Positions 27,603 through 38,200 of a stretch of DNA of 64,000 nucleotides are shown in pieces. This DNA comes from an uncultured virus (IMG/VR IMGVR_UViG_3300025892_000017) (Duplodnaviria; Heunggongvirae; Uroviricota; Caudoviricetes; Crassvirales). Numbering within the stretch: position 1 is the stretch's first letter; the number at the start of each line of letters is the position of its first letter. A program made the translations under genes and the position numbers. The DNA lies in IMG/VR virus record IMGVR_UViG_3300025892_000017. The stretch is one strand, 5' to 3'. The notes beneath the pieces were generated by a model. It saw only the letters and a list, made by a program, of their open reading frames with translations. It ran no database searches and was not told where the DNA came from.

Positions 27603-28160
27603 ATGAATGATTTAATTCTTTCAAAGCTTGACGCAGGAAAGTCTTCTTTAGGTATTACACCAAATGCCCACGGAGGAGGATTTCCAGCAGCTTGCTTATC
27701 AACGTCTGTCGATAAAGTCGGTGGCGTTATTCAAACCACAATTCTAGTAGACCTTGGACAAGGTGCTGGATCTGGTGGATCTGCTAACGACATTATCGGA
27801 ACGGATAATACAACTGACGCAGGTGGTGCTTATATTGCCTACTTGACAAAAGAGGTTAACGGGGTTCCATTTAGCGTTGAGTTATCATGTATAGAAACTC
27901 CAACAGGAGGAGACCCTGACGTTAACGTGGTTACGGGATCAGCTTCATCTGATGTTCATGATGCTGCTGTTACTGGTGCTAATGTATGTGTTAACGGTGG
28001 AGATCAAGCTGACGGAGCTTTTGCTCAGGGCGATCCTACCGATACTGTTACAGACGGGGCTATTGCTTTACCTTATGTTTACTTAACGTCAGGTGATGCA
28101 ACAGATGCTGCTTACACTGCTGGTAAATTAATTATCACCATTTATGGTGCTAACTTTTAA
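27603..28160 (+). CDS. Putative capsid-associated protein
   Basis: G/A/T-rich, ending YTAGKLIITIYG. Confidence 0.5.
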   Translation: MNDLILSKLDAGKSSLGITPNAHGGGFPAACLSTSVDKVGGVIQTTILVDLGQGAGSGGSANDIIGTDNTTDAGGAYIAYLTKEVNGVPFSVELSCIETPTGGDPDVNVVTGSASSDVHDAAVTGANVCVNGGDQADGAFAQGDPTDTVTDGAIALPYVYLTSGDATDAAYTAGKLIITIYGANF

Positions 28161-28181
28161 TAGCTAGCTTTATACTACTAC

Positions 28182-28211
28182 AAGAAAGGCCCTTCGGGGC
28201 CTTTTTCTTTT
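28182..28211 (+). terminator. Rho-independent terminator
   Basis: GC-rich stem around a TTCG loop (aaaggcccttcggggccttt) followed by a T-tract. Confidence 0.85.
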
Positions 28212-28214
28212 GCG

Positions 28215-28222
28215 TATATTTG
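28215..28222 (+). promoter_or_regulatory. Bacteroidota-type -7 promoter element (TATATTTG)
   Basis: 4 nt upstream of ATG 28227. Confidence 0.6.
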
Positions 28223-28226
28223 TAAT

Positions 28227-28538
28227 ATGAAGAAATTTTTGTACTTTGCTAACACTACAGCTGATACGGCACTGCTTCTTGCTGATAGCCTTGTGCTTAT
28301 GGAGATAGATGCTGATGGGGATAGCCTTGAGATGCACTTTAAAGATGTGCATGGTAACTTAGGAGATTCAACAATGATAGCTTTAACGATAACACAGCAC
28401 TCAGGCCCTGAGGTAATGAGCGCTATTACCGAAGAGATAGCTTTTGGTAGCGAGCCGATGATAGTGATAGCTGATGACGTTAACTCAGTTTTTATTGAGG
28501 GTAATGTAACTGCTGTAACTTCAGCAATAACAGTGTAA
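28227..28538 (+). CDS. Small protein similar to the N-terminal domain of the next two fibre-like proteins
   Basis: KFLYF...LADSLVLME...LEMHF...EEIAFG. Confidence 0.6.
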   Translation: MKKFLYFANTTADTALLLADSLVLMEIDADGDSLEMHFKDVHGNLGDSTMIALTITQHSGPEVMSAITEEIAFGSEPMIVIADDVNSVFIEGNVTAVTSAITV

Positions 28539-28539
28539 C

Positions 28540-30696
28540 ATGGCATTATCTCCAGACGAAAAAAAAATATATATAAATGCAGACACAACGGCGGGGCAAG
28601 CCGATGGGTCTATGTACTTCCCAGTTAAATATCTAACAGGGCTAGAGAGTGTTACTAATAATACTGTTACCTTATATTTTAGAGGCCCTAATAACACTAC
28701 TAGCACTTCTGTTATTGTTCTTATTACCACTGATTTTATTAAAGAATTTTATACACAGTTTGTAAATGAAATTAACTTTGGGGATAAAGCGGTTATAACC
28801 TTAGCTGTAAAAAATCTATCAGTATCCACAACACAGGGTGGGTCTGACTTTGTATATGTAAATGCTACTGCAGGAGCTATAATAGCTAACGACGATACAA
28901 CAGCTTATGAAGATTTACAAATTGCTGAGGATTTAGATGTAGGTGGTAATTTAGATGTAGTTGGGACTATTACAGGTGATGTTACGGGTGATGTAACAGG
29001 TAATGCTGACTCGGCAACTTTAGCTGTATCAACGTCAGCTTTAGTAGTGGCTGATGAGTCTACCGATACAACATGTTTTCCTGTGTTTGTCACTGCTGCC
29101 ACAGGAGCAACTCTAGCCGCAAAATCAGGGAGTAACTTAACTTTTAATTCAAACAGCGGGCTTTTAACAGCTACTTTATTAGCGGGTAATCTAACGGGGG
29201 ACGTAACGGGAAATGCAGACACAGCAACAGCTCTAGCAACAGCAAGAGCTATTAACGGTGTCGATTTCGATGGGTCTGCACCTATAACTGTTACAGCCGC
29301 AGGGTCTACTTTATCTGATACAGTGACTGTAGCTAAAGGCGGTACTGGATTAACAACAGTTGGGACGGGCAATATATTAACAGGAAATGGGACTGGCGCT
29401 TTAACATCAGAGGCTAACCTTGCTTTTTCTACTGACCGTCTTACTATTGGAAATGGGGGTGAAGATATTCAGCCTTTCGTGCGTTTTTTAAATGATGAAA
29501 ATACCTTAGAGATAGGTTTATCCAATGCCGCGGATGATTATGTTACTGGTTCAGCCGACGGAGACGTTGTTATAAACTCTGCTGGGGATTACAATGTTAT
29601 TATAGCTCAAAATGACACCGCCGCGTTAACGATAAATACAGACGGTGATGTGGTAATAGCTAACACATTAAAGGTTGCAGATTTAGATATCGACGGAGTT
29701 GCTAACGCTTTGACGGTTGAATCTAACGCGGGTAACGTGGCTATAACGGCAATTAGCGCAGACGCTGACTGTATGATTAGGGTCCAAGATAACGGTACTG
29801 CTGAAACAAACGCTATGGGTATGGTCGCTACGTCGGACGATCTTGTAATAAGAAATGATGAAGGTAATTTTAAAGTTAAGGTAGCTAATAACGCTACAGA
29901 AGCCTTAACTTTATCTCAGGCTGGAAACTTAAGTATTATTGGTAACTTGACGGCAACAACTGGTATTACGCTAGGAGGTCATTCAGTAAACGACATAGAT
30001 GTAGCGGGCGAGTTTGTAGACTCCGATGAGCACTTGATGACATCAGCAGCTATTAATGATCGCATTGCAGCAGCTGGGGGCGGTGTTAGTGTATCAGACA
30101 GCACTGCTAATACAGATTTCCCAGTAGTATTTCATGACGAGTCCAATAATCTTCATGACGATACCGCTGCGTTTGAGTATAACCCTAGTACTGGTAACTT
30201 AACTGTCTCTAAAATTAATGGTAACACTCCAGTTATAGGAGGTAAGATCGCTGTTGCGAGTGAGGCTCAAGCTCCTATAGGTATGCACATAGCTAGAAGA
30301 ACTATAACTACAGCTGAAGCTAACGCGATGAACTCTACACCTATAGAGGTGGTACCAGCGCAAGGTGCAGATACAATAATTGTACCTATCAACTGTTTAA
30401 CCAGGGTAGACAGAGCTGCAAATCAAACCGAAAGTGCGTGTGACATGAACGCTCACTACGCCGATAAAGAACCTGGAGTGTATAACACAGCCTCTCTTTT
30501 CCACTGGAGAAGGTTTATGTTTGGAGAAACAACAGATCATAGTGAAATGAGAGGCACCACTGGAGCAACATCTGGAGTTACTTTAACAGAATCTGTAAAC
30601 AAAGGAATTGAATTAAGTTTTGATTCTGCAGCAACAACAAATTGTTTCACCAGTATAGATATTTTCATGACTTACTATATAATAGATATATCATAA
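28540..30696 (+). CDS. Tail fibre protein
   Basis: TGDVTGNAD repeats, ATALATARAINGVDFDGS, VAKGGTG; duplicated D(E)ST..FPV..FN/YN..G.LT module. Confidence 0.75.
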   Translation: MALSPDEKKIYINADTTAGQADGSMYFPVKYLTGLESVTNNTVTLYFRGPNNTTSTSVIVLITTDFIKEFYTQFVNEINFGDKAVITLAVKNLSVSTTQGGSDFVYVNATAGAIIANDDTTAYEDLQIAEDLDVGGNLDVVGTITGDVTGDVTGNADSATLAVSTSALVVADESTDTTCFPVFVTAATGATLAAKSGSNLTFNSNSGLLTATLLAGNLTGDVTGNADTATALATARAINGVDFDGSAPITVTAAGSTLSDTVTVAKGGTGLTTVGTGNILTGNGTGALTSEANLAFSTDRLTIGNGGEDIQPFVRFLNDENTLEIGLSNAADDYVTGSADGDVVINSAGDYNVIIAQNDTAALTINTDGDVVIANTLKVADLDIDGVANALTVESNAGNVAITAISADADCMIRVQDNGTAETNAMGMVATSDDLVIRNDEGNFKVKVANNATEALTLSQAGNLSIIGNLTATTGITLGGHSVNDIDVAGEFVDSDEHLMTSAAINDRIAAAGGGVSVSDSTANTDFPVVFHDESNNLHDDTAAFEYNPSTGNLTVSKINGNTPVIGGKIAVASEAQAPIGMHIARRTITTAEANAMNSTPIEVVPAQGADTIIVPINCLTRVDRAANQTESACDMNAHYADKEPGVYNTASLFHWRRFMFGETTDHSEMRGTTGATSGVTLTESVNKGIELSFDSAATTNCFTSIDIFMTYYIIDIS

Positions 30697-31244
30697 TGGC
30701 ATTATCATCAGCAAAACACGAGAAATTTTATGAAACATCAGGGAGTGGTGCGGATAAAGTTTCAAGTAAAGACTTAACAAACGTTACCGCAGCTTGGGCA
30801 ACAGAAAAAACAGAGGGGTGCGCTAAGTACATAGCAGACCCTATATTAGGTCCAATAGTATTTCAGTTACAGCAAATGCAAGACGAACTTGATTATCTTA
30901 GGACAGAGATTAGCGCTAATAAAGACAAAGCTACTTTTCCAGGGTTTGGCACATCTGGGAGCACCGCCTTAGTTGGTGATACAGCTTTGCTAGCTTTGGG
31001 TACTAGCGGGTCTACAGCTTTGGCGGGTGATACTAGAGTACCAGCATTTACCGCTGATGATACAAGTGTGGCTAATACCACTAAGTCTACGGCTATCACG
31101 TTTGGTAATTTTACAGCAACAGCAGGTGGTAAAGGTACTACATATACTTTGCCTGTAACCGTAACAGAAACAACCGTGGTTTCATCTGGTAAAGGAGCTG
31201 GTACTACTACTTTAACTAAAACAGCAACATTAACACTAACGTAA
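30696..31244 (+). CDS. Fibre-associated protein
   Basis: Coiled coil plus GTSGSTAL(V/A)GDT repeats; TAATG-coupled start at 30696. Confidence 0.55.
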   Translation: MALSSAKHEKFYETSGSGADKVSSKDLTNVTAAWATEKTEGCAKYIADPILGPIVFQLQQMQDELDYLRTEISANKDKATFPGFGTSGSTALVGDTALLALGTSGSTALAGDTRVPAFTADDTSVANTTKSTAITFGNFTATAGGKGTTYTLPVTVTETTVVSSGKGAGTTTLTKTATLTLT

Positions 31245-31250
31245 TAGCTT

Positions 31251-31258
31251 TATATTTG
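31251..31258 (+). promoter_or_regulatory. Bacteroidota-type -7 promoter element (TATATTTG)
   Basis: 4 nt upstream of ATG 31263. Confidence 0.6.
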
Positions 31259-31262
31259 TATT

Positions 31263-32615
31263 ATGGTTTCTAAAAAGTTTTTCCTGTTTCGTAGAACAGA
31301 CCCGATTGGATCTGACAAAAGGTTTTCTGATGGTGGGGGTGATATACCTATTTTAGGTATCCCAGCTGATCAAGTTGCTTTTATAACTGCGGGGAGAGGA
31401 ACTGTAAATATAACTTTTAATGGGGCAGGGATGTATGAGTCTAATGAAATGTTTATTGGGGATTCTTTAGAGAAAACTAATGTAACGATTTCATGTAAAG
31501 AAGGGAAGGAATTAAAGCTAATTGAAAAAATTATTTTATTTGCTTCTAAAACGGATGGGAAAACTATAATGAGATTTGATGCTTTAGAGCAAAGAGCCGC
31601 ATTTGATGACGTTGTAATATCTAATGTTACTGATATTGTAGCAAAAATAAAGTCTCAACCTACAGAAAGGGTTTCTCAAAAAATTAGTGTAGGGGATCCC
31701 GCGAGTAGATTTAGAAACATCGTTGGGGGAATTAACTTCGGGAGCACGTCAAATAAGCCTTTCTTGGATTACAACCATGAACTGCTTACAGGTTCGGACG
31801 AAAGCAACATAACTGTATGGAGAAATTCAGGCACTGGTTTGTCTACTTACAATTTAAGTGCTGGCACGGGTAACGTAACGGTTGAGACGGATACCACAGC
31901 ACTAACAACAGGGTTAAGTAAAACTTGTGCGCAGTTTGCTGTGGGAACTTTTCTTAATGTTCCTGATGTAACTATAGAAGATGACTACACTATATACTTT
32001 GCTATAGGTGATCCTGGGGTAGGAACAGGGTCTTTTGGACAGTTGTTTGGGGATGATGCAGGGGAGACTCTAGGGTTTTCTAACGAAGGTTATGGGAGTA
32101 TTTTTACAATGAGGCACGATGGATTAACAGGGAAGCCTTTTGAAGTAAATTCAGATACAGATGAAAGCGGTAGCATTAAATATACCTTCCCCGATAAATC
32201 AAGAACTACAGATATTGGTTCGAGGCAATTCTGCTATGTTTTCGTTATCAGAAGGGATAAGGATTTTAATGTATCTTTACATAATCACGAAGGTGAAATT
32301 GTAGCTTTTGTCCCCGCCTTTACGGAGAAAAGCACAAGTAAAGTTGTAAGTAAAATTAAATCTAAACCCACAGAAAAAAGTAAAGGCATATACGAAAAAA
32401 CCACCACCCCTATTACCTCTAAGGTTACTGCGGGTTCTTCAAGCAGAACTGACGGAAACCTTCTTTTACAACAGCTTGGAAGTTCAGGATCAAACACAAC
32501 AAGTAGTTTTGCTGGGACTTTATCAAGGTTTGGAGTTATAAAAAGAGATATAGGTGCAGGTAGTGCATCACAACTAGCAAAAGATTTGTACGAGTTGTAC
32601 AAACCAATTTCATAA
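31263..32615 (+). CDS. Putative tail appendage with C-terminal LamG-like domain
   Basis: WRNSG...YTIYF...FVIRRD...FAGTLSRFGV. Confidence 0.5.
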   Translation: MVSKKFFLFRRTDPIGSDKRFSDGGGDIPILGIPADQVAFITAGRGTVNITFNGAGMYESNEMFIGDSLEKTNVTISCKEGKELKLIEKIILFASKTDGKTIMRFDALEQRAAFDDVVISNVTDIVAKIKSQPTERVSQKISVGDPASRFRNIVGGINFGSTSNKPFLDYNHELLTGSDESNITVWRNSGTGLSTYNLSAGTGNVTVETDTTALTTGLSKTCAQFAVGTFLNVPDVTIEDDYTIYFAIGDPGVGTGSFGQLFGDDAGETLGFSNEGYGSIFTMRHDGLTGKPFEVNSDTDESGSIKYTFPDKSRTTDIGSRQFCYVFVIRRDKDFNVSLHNHEGEIVAFVPAFTEKSTSKVVSKIKSKPTEKSKGIYEKTTTPITSKVTAGSSSRTDGNLLLQQLGSSGSNTTSSFAGTLSRFGVIKRDIGAGSASQLAKDLYELYKPIS

Positions 32616-32631
32616 TTTAATTTAATATATC

Positions 32632-33477
32632 ATGACACAGAAAGTCAAAGCGGCCCCTGAGCGCCCAAAAGCTCAAACAAAAAAAGTCTCACCAGAGACT
32701 CCGACGTTTACTCCAGCTGCTCCAGTAAAGAAGCAGCGTTCTGTTAAGCGTAAAGAGCAAGTCCTTTTTCATGCAGAATATGAGATCCCTAAAAGCGCGG
32801 GTATCGTATATATGCTACCACAAAAAGGCATCACTGTATATGATGGTGATAAAGATACTGTACGTGAAATGCGTTACTGCCCTAATGAGCCTTCTATTTG
32901 GGCTGATGAACAGGGTGATAACGCCCGTAAAGAGACCGTAGCTTTTAGAGAGGGGAAGCTCTTTGTACCTAAAGATAAACCTAATTTACGTAAGTTTATG
33001 GATCTTCACCCTATGAATATAGGTAACGGAGGAAAGGTTTTTAAGCAAGTAGATAAGAAGCAAGATGCAGAGATGGAATTAAAGAGAGAATTCCTTCTTA
33101 CTGACGCTATAGGGATGGTAAGAGATAAGGATATAAACGAACTTCTTCCTATTGCATTATACTTCGGTGTAAATATCAACACTCCTGTAACGGAAATTAG
33201 ATATAATTTGCTGAATATTGCTAAAAAGAAGACAGAAGAGTTTATCCAAGCTTTTGATTCTCCGCAGGTTCAAGCTAGATCTACGGTGCAACAAGCTAAG
33301 GATTACCAAATTATAAGTGTTAACGATAACGGTTGTTACTGGTTCGACTCAAACAGACTTATTGTCTCCGTCCCAGTGGGGCAGGACTCTATGGACGTTA
33401 TGGTAAGGTTTTGCCTTACTGAAAAAGGAGCCTCAGTATTATCAACTCTAGAAGATAGGTTAGATAGATTAGGGTAG
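32632..33477 (+). CDS. Conserved-type morphogenesis protein
   Basis: RYCPNEPSIWADEQ...FREGKLFVP...LHP; lies between head and tail genes. Confidence 0.55.
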   Translation: MTQKVKAAPERPKAQTKKVSPETPTFTPAAPVKKQRSVKRKEQVLFHAEYEIPKSAGIVYMLPQKGITVYDGDKDTVREMRYCPNEPSIWADEQGDNARKETVAFREGKLFVPKDKPNLRKFMDLHPMNIGNGGKVFKQVDKKQDAEMELKREFLLTDAIGMVRDKDINELLPIALYFGVNINTPVTEIRYNLLNIAKKKTEEFIQAFDSPQVQARSTVQQAKDYQIISVNDNGCYWFDSNRLIVSVPVGQDSMDVMVRFCLTEKGASVLSTLEDRLDRLG

Positions 33478-33497
33478 ATATATTCTAACTTGACAAG

Positions 33498-33530
33498 AGA
33501 GCCGCCTTAATCGGGCGGCTTTTCTTTTTC
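33498..33530 (+). terminator. Rho-independent terminator
   Basis: AGCCGCC...GGCGGCT stem followed by a T-tract. Confidence 0.85.
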
Positions 33531-33531
33531 G

Positions 33532-33539
33532 TATATTTG
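33532..33539 (+). promoter_or_regulatory. Bacteroidota-type -7 promoter element (TATATTTG)
   Basis: 4 nt upstream of ATG 33544. Confidence 0.6.
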
Positions 33540-33543
33540 TGGT

Positions 33544-34356
33544 ATGGTTAGCGTACAACAAGTATATGACACATTGAAGGATCTTGCTAATAAAGACCAG
33601 AAGGGCTTTATTACTCCTGCTGTGTTTAATAATTTTGCTGGTGTTGCTCAAATTAACATCTATAACGAGTTGTTTCAAGAACTCGTTAAAGCTAAGCAGA
33701 TACAACGACAAAACTTTGATCCAGGTAGAGATAAATCTGTACGTAAACAGGCTACAGAAGATCTATCTGTGTTTATTGTTAACGATTTAGTGCTTGATGG
33801 CACCAGTAATAGTAATTTATTTTTGAAGCCAAGTAATTTATCTAAGATAATTTCAATATCTTTTTCTGATGAAGACAGAAGTAATGCCGATTTTGATGAC
33901 TGGGTTGACAATTCGTATGACGCAGAAGGGAACCTTGTTGGTAGTGCGGTTACTGTGTCTAGAGCTGAAAGAAGGCCTATTGAGCTTGTTTATGATGTGG
34001 AAAAAATGGATAGAATCCTTACAAGTAATTTATCTACCCCCACTGAAAGTTTTCCTGTAGCCTTAATTAATCAGGATATTGAAGTTTTCCCTTCTACTAT
34101 AGATAATATTAGAGTAACATATTACAGACGACCAGGATCTATTGATATAAATGGTGATGCTACTAATGCACAACCAACATACGCTTCTGTAATGTTAATG
34201 GGTAGTGAGCAATTTAACGCTAATAGTAGTTTAAATTTTATGTTGCCGCCACATTACACTACAGAGTTAGTTATGGAGATGGCTAAGCTAATTGGTGTTA
34301 GACTAAGAGACCCTAACCTAGCTGGATTTGCAGCACAAGAAGAAGCTTCTGAATAA
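33544..34356 (+). CDS. Tail tubular/ring (head-tail adaptor) protein
   Basis: LANKDQKGFITPAVFN, IEVFP and VTYYRRP, typical of P22 gp4-like/crAss-like ring proteins. Confidence 0.65.
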   Translation: MVSVQQVYDTLKDLANKDQKGFITPAVFNNFAGVAQINIYNELFQELVKAKQIQRQNFDPGRDKSVRKQATEDLSVFIVNDLVLDGTSNSNLFLKPSNLSKIISISFSDEDRSNADFDDWVDNSYDAEGNLVGSAVTVSRAERRPIELVYDVEKMDRILTSNLSTPTESFPVALINQDIEVFPSTIDNIRVTYYRRPGSIDINGDATNAQPTYASVMLMGSEQFNANSSLNFMLPPHYTTELVMEMAKLIGVRLRDPNLAGFAAQEEASE

Positions 34357-35237
34357 TGAGTATGAACAAAGTAAAACTTAGCCAGATTATAAAGGATTTT
34401 ATAATAACCTCTGATGGGGATGATTACGCTAATAACGTATCAGATTTTGCTATAAGAAACTTTGCTTTAAGAGGTATACGGGAGATTGGGTTCGATCTAG
34501 GTAAAAAGATTAAATCTATAAAAAGGACTATTGATACTACCAATGATACTATCGCTCTTCCAGACGACTTCGTAGATTTGCTTAAAGTAGGTATTGTTGG
34601 GGCTGATGGAGTAATTCATGTACTTAACCAAAACAAACATATAAACTACTCTAGACAGATATTACAAGATGAAACTGCTGGGACTACTGTTGATAGTGTT
34701 ACTGTAGATGATGATACTATAAATACTAATATAAGCGATGAAGGTCCTTTAAATATTAATTCAAACCTAATATTAAATAGACAAGCATCCAAAAGCTCTA
34801 CTACAGGCTCTACAACCAATTCTGATGACCAAGACTTCTATGTGTTTGAGAATTATCTCTATCAAGGGGGCTCAGGGCGCTTATATGGCATCGGAGGGGG
34901 TCATGCGGTAGGGCAGTATAGGTTGAATCTAGATGAGGACAGAATAGAGCTTAAAATGGGTAGTTCAGGTTCTTCTGAAGTCGTGTTAGAATACATAGCT
35001 GATGAGGCGAGATCTACCGATCCAGAAGTGCATGTTTATGCAGAGGAGGCCTTACGTAGTTATATGTACTATAAGATAGTAGAAAGAAAGTCTAGTGTCC
35101 CATCAAATGAAAAGGCTAGAGCTAGAGCAGAATATTACAATGAGAGAAGAAAAGCGAATGCTAGACTAAGCAACTTCACGAAAGAAGAAGCGCTAAGTAC
35201 TATACGCAGAAACTTTAAGCAAGCGCCTAAGTACTAA
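34356..35237 (+). CDS. Tail ring/adaptor protein
   Basis: RGIREIGFD, LPDDFVD, VVLEYIAD and AEEALRSY. Confidence 0.65.
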   Translation: MSMNKVKLSQIIKDFIITSDGDDYANNVSDFAIRNFALRGIREIGFDLGKKIKSIKRTIDTTNDTIALPDDFVDLLKVGIVGADGVIHVLNQNKHINYSRQILQDETAGTTVDSVTVDDDTINTNISDEGPLNINSNLILNRQASKSSTTGSTTNSDDQDFYVFENYLYQGGSGRLYGIGGGHAVGQYRLNLDEDRIELKMGSSGSSEVVLEYIADEARSTDPEVHVYAEEALRSYMYYKIVERKSSVPSNEKARARAEYYNERRKANARLSNFTKEEALSTIRRNFKQAPKY

Positions 35238-38200
35238 TGGCTATAGATAAAATTACACCAATCAGGCTAGATAAATCGTCTGACTACAAACTAGTACCTA
35301 AAACTAGTATGGTGGATGCTTTAAATATGCTTATTACTGAAGATGAATCTGATGGTGGAGATGTAACTACTGGAAATTTAGGTGTACTTAAGAATTTAAA
35401 AGGAAACCAGGTTATAGAATATGTTTCTGGTAACGGAGTTGGGGGAGAAAATGCTAAGATTATTGGGAGCGTTACAGACACTAAGCTCAAGATAGTATAC
35501 TTTTTTGTTTGGAGTGATAATATTAATGAACACGGTGTATATGCTTACGATCAGCTTGGGAAGCTACCAGGAGTAGGAGATTCCGCAGGGCGAATAGTAA
35601 GAATACATAAGTCTAATCTATACAATTTTCCAGAACACGGGTTTGTAAAGGGGAATATAGTATACACTTCTCAAAGTAGGTTAAATCAAAATCCAGGTGG
35701 ACCTATTAAACCAGGTACAGAAAAAGATTTTGAGAAAGATACTATCTTATACTTTACAGACAATACCAATGAGCCACGTAAAATAAACGTTTATATGGCT
35801 ATGAGTAATGTAGATAATAGCTACAGTCTACCAGATAGAATAGATTTTATCACAGCTTGCCCAAAGACTCCTTTAACTCCGATTGTTTTTGAGTTTGATT
35901 CTGACCAAACTAGAACAACTAGTAATTTTAAATCTGGTCCTGGGTTTCAATTTGCATATCAGTTTATTTCTAAAGACGGGGTGGAGTCTGCTATATCACC
36001 TTATTCAGACATAGCCTTCTCCCCTGGGATTATTAACCAAGGTGGATTAACTACTGTTAATCATGCGCTTCACAATAGATGTGTTCTTACAATACCTGAG
36101 GCTGGGGCGGAGATAGAAAGTATCAGGATATTAGCTCGTCAGTTTAATAACCCAGAATTGGTTGTTTTAGATGAGGTTTCCAATACAGAAGGGCAAGAGA
36201 ATTGGGTTCCTAATGCAAGAGCGTATTTTTTCTATAACGATAGAATAGTTAGAGGTGTCAGTACTAACGAAGTAAATAAACAGTTTGATAACCTCCCAAG
36301 AAAAGCTCAAGCTCAATCTGTGGTTGATAATAGGTTGATGTATGGGAACTACTTAGAAGGCTTCAACAATGTAAAAATTGATCCACCTTGCGGTGATGTT
36401 GTTTCTTTTGAAGAAAGAGGTGTGGAACTTATAGATTTAGTAGTGAAATTAATCCCTGCTATTTCGGAGCAACAGTGGGCGTATAACGTTGAGTATGGGT
36501 CTGATAGTGTTGACCCAAACAATCTAGGTGTTGATGAACCCCAATCAGATGGGGCTAGGAATAAAAGCGCAGGATATATAATAGACTGTCAAGAAATGCC
36601 TTTAGATATTACTACAGGAGATGTATTTAATGTGTCTGTAACGATATCCCCTAATAATAACTTTCACCTTTATCAAGCCACGGACTCTTATCATCAATCT
36701 AGACACAGGGGGGCGTTTCAGCAATTTACTGAATACCAAGTAGATTACTCTATGGGTCCTGAAGATGGTAGCTGGGATGGAGGTGATTTTGGAGGGAACA
36801 CGGGTGATTCTACTCCTTGGGTAAACGCTGAGGGAGAGGATAATGCTTTTTATGGGCATCAAGGATTAGATAGATCTGGAGCTAACTGGATTAAAGATAG
36901 AATTCCTAACCCAATTCTTGAAGGAGAAGGTATGTACATAGGGGGTGAATACGACTCCTGGGGGATACCTTATTCTGGAAATAATCATGGGGTAAGCGGA
37001 AATACAGTAATGGGAGTAGATGGGACGGGGCCAGATGCACCAAAATGGAAAACAGTTTTAGGGGGTGAAGCAGGAGGGATTCCTAAAAGAGTAAACTTTG
37101 GTACTAGCGCAGGAAATCCTTTAATAATCAAAGGGGCTCCTTTAACATTTTCTTGTAAAATTAAAGCCTTGGCAAATATAGAAGGAGATGGAAGGGCAGC
37201 TTTAAGTTCTGCAATATCTCAGGCTTTAACGGGACAGGCTATTACTTGGGGCGGCGGAGGAATTTTAGAAACGGTAGAGGCTGAAACTGAAGTTATTTAC
37301 GATTTAGATTTAGATGAGATAGATGACGGGAAACAAATTACTGAAGATAATTACCTAAGTAAACTTATTGTTGGGGTTGTTGAAGATGAGATCGGCGGGG
37401 AGGAAGGAGGTACTATTTATAAAGCTCCTATAGGTCATTTTATTGTTAAAAAAGCAGATGTGATGTTTTACCTTGAAAAGGATGAACCTTTTTCTGCAAT
37501 TAACCCTAAGTTTGAAATGCTGAGGCTATGTATTGGGGGGATGGAAAACGTAGAAACGTATAGCGTTTTTAAAAAGAAGTTTTACAACTCTCCTTGGTTT
37601 GCTTTTTCAAAAGATTATCTTGAAGATATAAACCTTGAGGTTTTTTTTACTGACACTTCGTATGGGTTTTCTAGCGCTAGCGGTGCTGTACATGGGACGC
37701 TTTTTCAATATGATGAAGAGAACACTTTAGCTGACTGGGATTATATTTTCGATAATATAACCGATCAAAACAATCCAGACGACCTTGATGTAAACAATAA
37801 TTTTTTAGCTACTCCAGTTCAAATAGCTGGTCTTGAAACTAGCTTTACTGGCGAGTCTCTTGGGGATGGAACACCTTATTACACCCTTTTAAATAATCTA
37901 GCTAAATTACAAGAACAACGGTTCTTAGGATATTTAGATTTTGATCAAAGTATTAATCAGTTTTTTAGATTCAATAAATCTCAATATGAAAGTCAGCCTA
38001 GACTATCTGGACTAAAAGAAATATTCCCGTTTTCTCTTGTTGATGGAGAAGGAGGTATGGGAGGAAATTTATCTCACAACTTAGAGAATGGAGCAGGATC
38101 TGTGAATTTATCTTCTCATCCTCGTCGGATGGATTTTGTAGAGACTCTTGTAGATAGTGCTATTGCTGGGGCGACACAAGATCAATTAATCCGAACTATT

